In this document: positions 60,172-64,000 of the stretch, piece after piece
How positions within the stretch are numbered: the first letter of the stretch is position 1
How the letters are laid out: each line of letters opens with the position of its first letter
From: Clostridiales bacterium
GTDB taxonomy: Bacteria; Bacillota; Clostridia; Saccharofermentanales; Saccharofermentanaceae
Reading direction: 5' to 3'
Assembly: GCA_017513085.1 (NCBI GenBank)
Contig: JAFWDK010000010.1
Coordinates: 224,001-288,000, forward strand
DNA: 64,000 nucleotides
Notes under the pieces: model-generated
What the model was told of the DNA's origin: nothing
The model's input: the letters and a program-made list of their open reading frames with translations, nothing else
The model's database searches: none
Program-made: the position numbers and the translations under genes

Positions 60172-61080
60172 ATGAATTCTAAATCTAAAAAGAAGATGCA
60201 GATGAGTAAATGGGATTGGGCATTTGTCATCATCAACACAACGTTCTTGGTTCTCTTTTGTATCGTAACTCTTTACCCTGTTTTGAACACATTGGCTCTT
60301 TCGTTCAATGATGGTCTTGATGCGGTAAAAGGTGGTATCCACCTTATCCCTAGAAAGTTCTCTACTGACGCTTATACAACAGTATTCAACATTCAGGGTA
60401 TTAAGCAAGGTGCTATCGTTACTGTCGCTCGTACAGTTCTCGGTACTCTACTTGCTCTCGGAGCTAATGCTTTGCTTTCGTTCGTCGTTTCTAGAAAGAA
60501 GTTCATGTTCCGTTCCAGTCTTTCACTTTTCTGGGTTATCACAATGTATGCTAACGGCGGTATGATTCCTGGATTGGTTCTTTTGAAGGCTCTCGGTCTC
60601 ACAAACTCTTTCTGGGTATACATCGTTCCTGGTCTGGTTGGTGCTTTTAACATTTTGGTACTTCGTACTTATATGGAAGGTCTTCCGGATTCTTACGAAG
60701 AGTCTGCTCAGCTTGATGGTGCAGGTTATATGACGATCTTTGTTAAGATCATTTCTCCTCTTTGTAAACCGGTTTACGCTACGATCGCACTCTTTATGGC
60801 TGTTGGTCATTGGAACTCCTGGTTTGATGCAATGCTCTATAACCGTACAAAGCCGCAGTATACAACACTGCAGTACGAGTTGCAGAAACTCCTGAGTAAC
60901 GTTATGCAGCAGTCCGGTAATGCTTCCAGCTCCGGTAAGACCGCTTCGACATCCAAGGTTACACCTATCACGGTACGTTCCGCTGCGACGATCGCAACGA
61001 TGCTGCCTATCATCTGCTTGTATCCTTTCTTGCAGAGATACTTTGTAACCGGTTTGACAATCGGTGGTGTTAAAGAGTAA
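60172..61080 (+). CDS. Carbohydrate ABC permease (LplC-like)
   Basis: TMY..GGMIP, EESA.LDGA, HWN.WFD and YPFLQRYF..G...G.VK. Confidence 0.93.
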   Translation: MNSKSKKKMQMSKWDWAFVIINTTFLVLFCIVTLYPVLNTLALSFNDGLDAVKGGIHLIPRKFSTDAYTTVFNIQGIKQGAIVTVARTVLGTLLALGANALLSFVVSRKKFMFRSSLSLFWVITMYANGGMIPGLVLLKALGLTNSFWVYIVPGLVGAFNILVLRTYMEGLPDSYEESAQLDGAGYMTIFVKIISPLCKPVYATIALFMAVGHWNSWFDAMLYNRTKPQYTTLQYELQKLLSNVMQQSGNASSSGKTASTSKVTPITVRSAATIATMLPIICLYPFLQRYFVTGLTIGGVKE

Positions 61081-61097
61081 AACTTGTTGCACTTTTT

Positions 61098-61138
61098 GCT
61101 ACCTGCCCCTAATATATAGGGGCAGGTAGTATTTTTTT
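61098..61138 (+). terminator. Intrinsic terminator
   Basis: ctacctgcccct...aggggcaggtag followed by T7. Confidence 0.85.
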
Positions 61139-61191
61139 GTAATAATACTTATGATATTAGTCAAAATCTTAATGATAGAAGGTTATAACGA

Positions 61192-61926
61192 ATGGGAATA
61201 TTCAGACATGATGGTCCGATAATGGAGTTTTTGAGTACTGTGGCAGATTTAATGATCCTGGATCTTATCTGCATAGTTTGTTGTATTCCAATCGTAACTA
61301 TCGGTCCGGCACTCAGTGCCAAATATGCGGTAGCCATGCGTATTGTCAGACATGAAGAACCGACTATTGTAAAGCCATATTTCAAAGCGTTCAAAGAAAA
61401 CTTCAAGCAAGCTTTAATTGTCTGGTTGATCCTTATGGTCGTTGTTTTGCTGGTTTGGATCGACTGGTCCTGGATGATCGACAAAGGTTTTGACAATGTT
61501 TCTCCACTTTACTTTGGAGGCGCTGTTTTTGTCACCACAATAGTTTCTTTTATTATAATGACTATTTTTCCAATCATATCAAGATTTGAGCTAACTGTTA
61601 AGGAAGCCTTCAAGACGGCGGCTCTTTTTTCCATGCTGTATTTTTTCGGCCTTCTTGCTATTGTTATCCTTATGGGATTCTCTGTTTTTGTTTGTATCAA
61701 GTATATCCGTTGGTTACCGCTTGCTTTCACTGTTTGCCATCTTTGTATTGTTTACTGTCTCTGCCTGATATTTGTCCGTGGATTTAAAAAACTGGAAGCG
61801 CAGTTTGTTGATGTGGATGAAAATGAAGATGATGTCGATGAAAATGAAGATGATGTCGATTCTGAAATGGACAGTAAGATCATTGATGTCGGGCAAGAAA
61901 AGTCGGACGAGAAGAAAGACGTGTAA
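61192..61926 (+). CDS. YesL/DUF624-family membrane protein
   Basis: DL..L.......CIPIVTIGPA..A and F...FKENFKQA. Confidence 0.85.
   Translation: MGIFRHDGPIMEFLSTVADLMILDLICIVCCIPIVTIGPALSAKYAVAMRIVRHEEPTIVKPYFKAFKENFKQALIVWLILMVVVLLVWIDWSWMIDKGFDNVSPLYFGGAVFVTTIVSFIIMTIFPIISRFELTVKEAFKTAALFSMLYFFGLLAIVILMGFSVFVCIKYIRWLPLAFTVCHLCIVYCLCLIFVRGFKKLEAQFVDVDENEDDVDENEDDVDSEMDSKIIDVGQEKSDEKKDV
61810..61860 (+). repeat. 21-bp in-frame tandem repeat (DVDENED, about 2.4 copies)
   Basis: gatgtggatgaaaatgaagat-gatgtcgatgaaaatgaagat-gatgtcgat. Confidence 0.85.
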
Positions 61927-61928
61927 TT

Positions 61929-62594
61929 ATGGATGAGAAGATCCCACTTAAAGAACGCATAAAAAAAGAAAAAGAGAAATTCAGTAAATTTGATGCTGCA
62001 ACGAAGAAAAAGTATTTTCGGGATTATTATTTAATTCCGTGTATTTTGATCATTGCAGTAATTGTTTTTGTCTGTTGGTTTGTTTTTGATTTCTTTTCGT
62101 CGAAGAAAACAGTATATTCCGGAGCAACTGTTGGCTTTCTGATTTCTGATGATGGTTATCAGTATCTGACTTCCGACTTTATGGATAGTTTGGGTTCCGG
62201 ATATAAGAAGAAAAAAGTAGAACTTTCTAGAGATACAGTCATGACGACCTATGATGAGGCACAAAATGACAAAATGACTATGGAGATGGCTTTTACATCG
62301 CAGATTACTGCCGGAATGTTCCAGTATGCGATTTTTACCAAGTCCGGTTTTGATCATTATGCTGGTTATGAGTTTTATATGCCGTTAGACGAGTATAGCT
62401 CCTCAGAGAAATATTCTTCTATGCAATTCATCCGTTCTTCAGATAATCAGATTTCCGGAATCTTATTATCTGAAGAAGTCAAGAATAAAATCGGATATGC
62501 CGGAGATGAAGAGCTTGTTTTCACTTTACTTTATACGGATGAGCATAAAGATCTTAATACTCCGTTCATTGATTATCTGTTCCTGGGAGGCTAA
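61929..62594 (+). CDS. Membrane-anchored hypothetical protein
   Basis: K..YF.DYY followed by one TM, a pattern often seen beside YesL-like genes. Confidence 0.7.
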   Translation: MDEKIPLKERIKKEKEKFSKFDAATKKKYFRDYYLIPCILIIAVIVFVCWFVFDFFSSKKTVYSGATVGFLISDDGYQYLTSDFMDSLGSGYKKKKVELSRDTVMTTYDEAQNDKMTMEMAFTSQITAGMFQYAIFTKSGFDHYAGYEFYMPLDEYSSSEKYSSMQFIRSSDNQISGILLSEEVKNKIGYAGDEELVFTLLYTDEHKDLNTPFIDYLFLGG

Positions 62595-62596
62595 TT

Positions 62597-64000
62597 ATGA
62601 AGATTTCAAGTATTTACAGCGATGGCATGATCATGCAGAGAAATAAAAAGAATACGATTTCCGGTGTTCTTGAGACGGAGAAATCGATCAAAGCAGAGCT
62701 TGATGGAGTATCGATTCCGGTCGATGTTAAGGCTGACGGATCTTTTACCGTAGTTATCGATGAACAAGAAGCCGGTGGGCCTCATGTGCTTGCTATCGGC
62801 GATCTTGTGATACATGATGTTTTGTTTGGCGATGTTTATGTGCTGGGTGGTCAATCCAATATGGAACTTCCGGTTCTTTTTACTGCGGATGAACATTTTG
62901 ATGAGATCGAGAGCGCTGACTTCGCGCAGATTCGCCAATTTGAAGTACCTAAGGTTCCTCTGTTTGGAAGAAAAGAAGAGTTTCTGAATGGAGGCAATTG
63001 GGTAAATGCGGATCAGAAGAATATCAATTCTTTTAGCGCAATCGGCTTCTATTTTGCAAAACAGAAGTATTTAAAGGATCAGGTTCCGGTTGGCCTTGTT
63101 CAGACTGCGGTTGGCGGTGCGCCGGTTGAAAGTCTGATGAGTGAAGAAGTGCTTGTGGATACTTTCGAAAAGATCTATCCGAAATATGAATCTTCCGGGG
63201 CCTGCAATGGTGATAAGAGCAAATGTTGCCTTTGGTGTTATAAGGAAAAGCTTGCTCAGAATCGAGATGCAGATTTTGTTGCTAAAACCCAAAAGGAAGA
63301 TTTCGAGTTCGAGCAGAAGTGGCGTTCTGAGCTTGCCGCTAAAGATCCAGGAACAGAAGCGCACTGGGAGAATCTCTGGAATGATGGTGAAGGAGAATCA
63401 TTTACAATGCCGTCCACTTTCTTTAAGACGAAGTATGAAGACCTTCGATTTGGTTCAGTATGGCTTCAGAAAGTGGTCAATGTTCCGGAAGAGTTTTGTA
63501 AAGGACGTATTCAGCTTCGTCTGGGTACCCTGATCGATTCTGATGACACATATGTAAATGGCGTCAGAGTCGGCGGTTTCGGTTTCAAGTATCCGCCACG
63601 CCGGTATTGGTTGCCGGATGGACTTCTTAAGCCTGGTAAGAATGTGATCTCCGTTCGTTTGGTCATGACAGGCAATATCGGCGGTGCTGTTATAGAGACA
63701 CCATTCTGTTTAAAGAACGAAGATCATGAAATATCTCTTTATGGAGAGTGGAAGGTTAGGATGGGTATCAAGGCAGATGAACCGCTGCGTGGCCAGACTT
63801 TCTTCATCTGGGCACCTACTGCGCTTTATAATTCCATGCTTTATCCAATCCGAAATTATAACTGCAAAGCCATCCTGTTCTATCAGGGAGAGTCGAATGG
63901 TGAGTACCCTCAGTATTACGGGGATCTTCTAGTGAAGATGGTCGAAGAGTGGCGTGTGCTTTTTGGACAGGTTCCGTTCTTAATGGCGGAGATCACTATG
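62597..64000 (+). CDS. Sialate O-acetylesterase-family (SGNH) esterase, 3' end outside the window
   Basis: Hand translation gives MKISSIYSDGMIMQR, GDVYVLGGQSNME, FSAIGFYFA, VPVGLV..A.GG, LYNSM..P and FYQGESN; GGAGG RBS; absent from the ORF track, consistent with no stop before the edge. Confidence 0.85.
   Translation, partial: MKISSIYSDGMIMQRNKKNTISGVLETEKSIKAELDGVSIPVDVKADGSFTVVIDEQEAGGPHVLAIGDLVIHDVLFGDVYVLGGQSNMELPVLFTADEHFDEIESADFAQIRQFEVPKVPLFGRKEEFLNGGNWVNADQKNINSFSAIGFYFAKQKYLKDQVPVGLVQTAVGGAPVESLMSEEVLVDTFEKIYPKYESSGACNGDKSKCCLWCYKEKLAQNRDADFVAKTQKEDFEFEQKWRSELAAKDPGTEAHWENLWNDGEGESFTMPSTFFKTKYEDLRFGSVWLQKVVNVPEEFCKGRIQLRLGTLIDSDDTYVNGVRVGGFGFKYPPRRYWLPDGLLKPGKNVISVRLVMTGNIGGAVIETPFCLKNEDHEISLYGEWKVRMGIKADEPLRGQTFFIWAPTALYNSMLYPIRNYNCKAILFYQGESNGEYPQYYGDLLVKMVEEWRVLFGQVPFLMAEITM

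Noticed and set aside
61810-61860. Tandem repeat as a phase-variation or CRISPR-like element
   Set aside because: It is an in-frame 21-bp duplication in an acidic tail, with no spacers and no frameshift potential.

Overview
Mostly core chromosome of a low-to-moderate-GC anaerobic Firmicute (Clostridia, inferred from gene content and order). From left to right: icd (partial), a SEC-C protein, radC, a DUF5688-like gene, mreC-mreD-PBP2 with no mreB, a degenerate mgsA and an MBL hydrolase; an orphan trio of Tad/Flp-type minor pilin genes; yerC-secA-punA-ahcY-mtaD; tRNA-Arg; a minus-strand nitrogenase-like operon (NifH plus two component-1 homologues) with a FecCD-type ABC importer, two TM1266-type regulatory domains and an attenuator-like leader; tRNA-Thr; a GNAT-Ogt fusion; rny-ymdB-lspA-rluD-phoH-pgpH-(ybeY-era fusion)-recO; an XPD/DinG-type helicase; ddh; tRNA-Leu; and a large arabinose/hemicellulose locus (esterase-GH43-CBM6 fusion, ArsR regulator, GH51, araB/araD, FucI-type isomerase, two-component system, sugar ABC transporter, partial sialate O-acetylesterase-like gene). 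I saw no CRISPR array, integrase or transposase. The two best leads are (1) a TadE-like pilin carrying a CDI-toxin (EC869-type) DNase fold whose acidic catalytic residues appear lost, a candidate DNA-binding pilus-tip protein, and (2) the nitrogenase-like/ABC operon under a possible Cys-sensing attenuator. All family calls come from motif recognition by eye, not from database searches.
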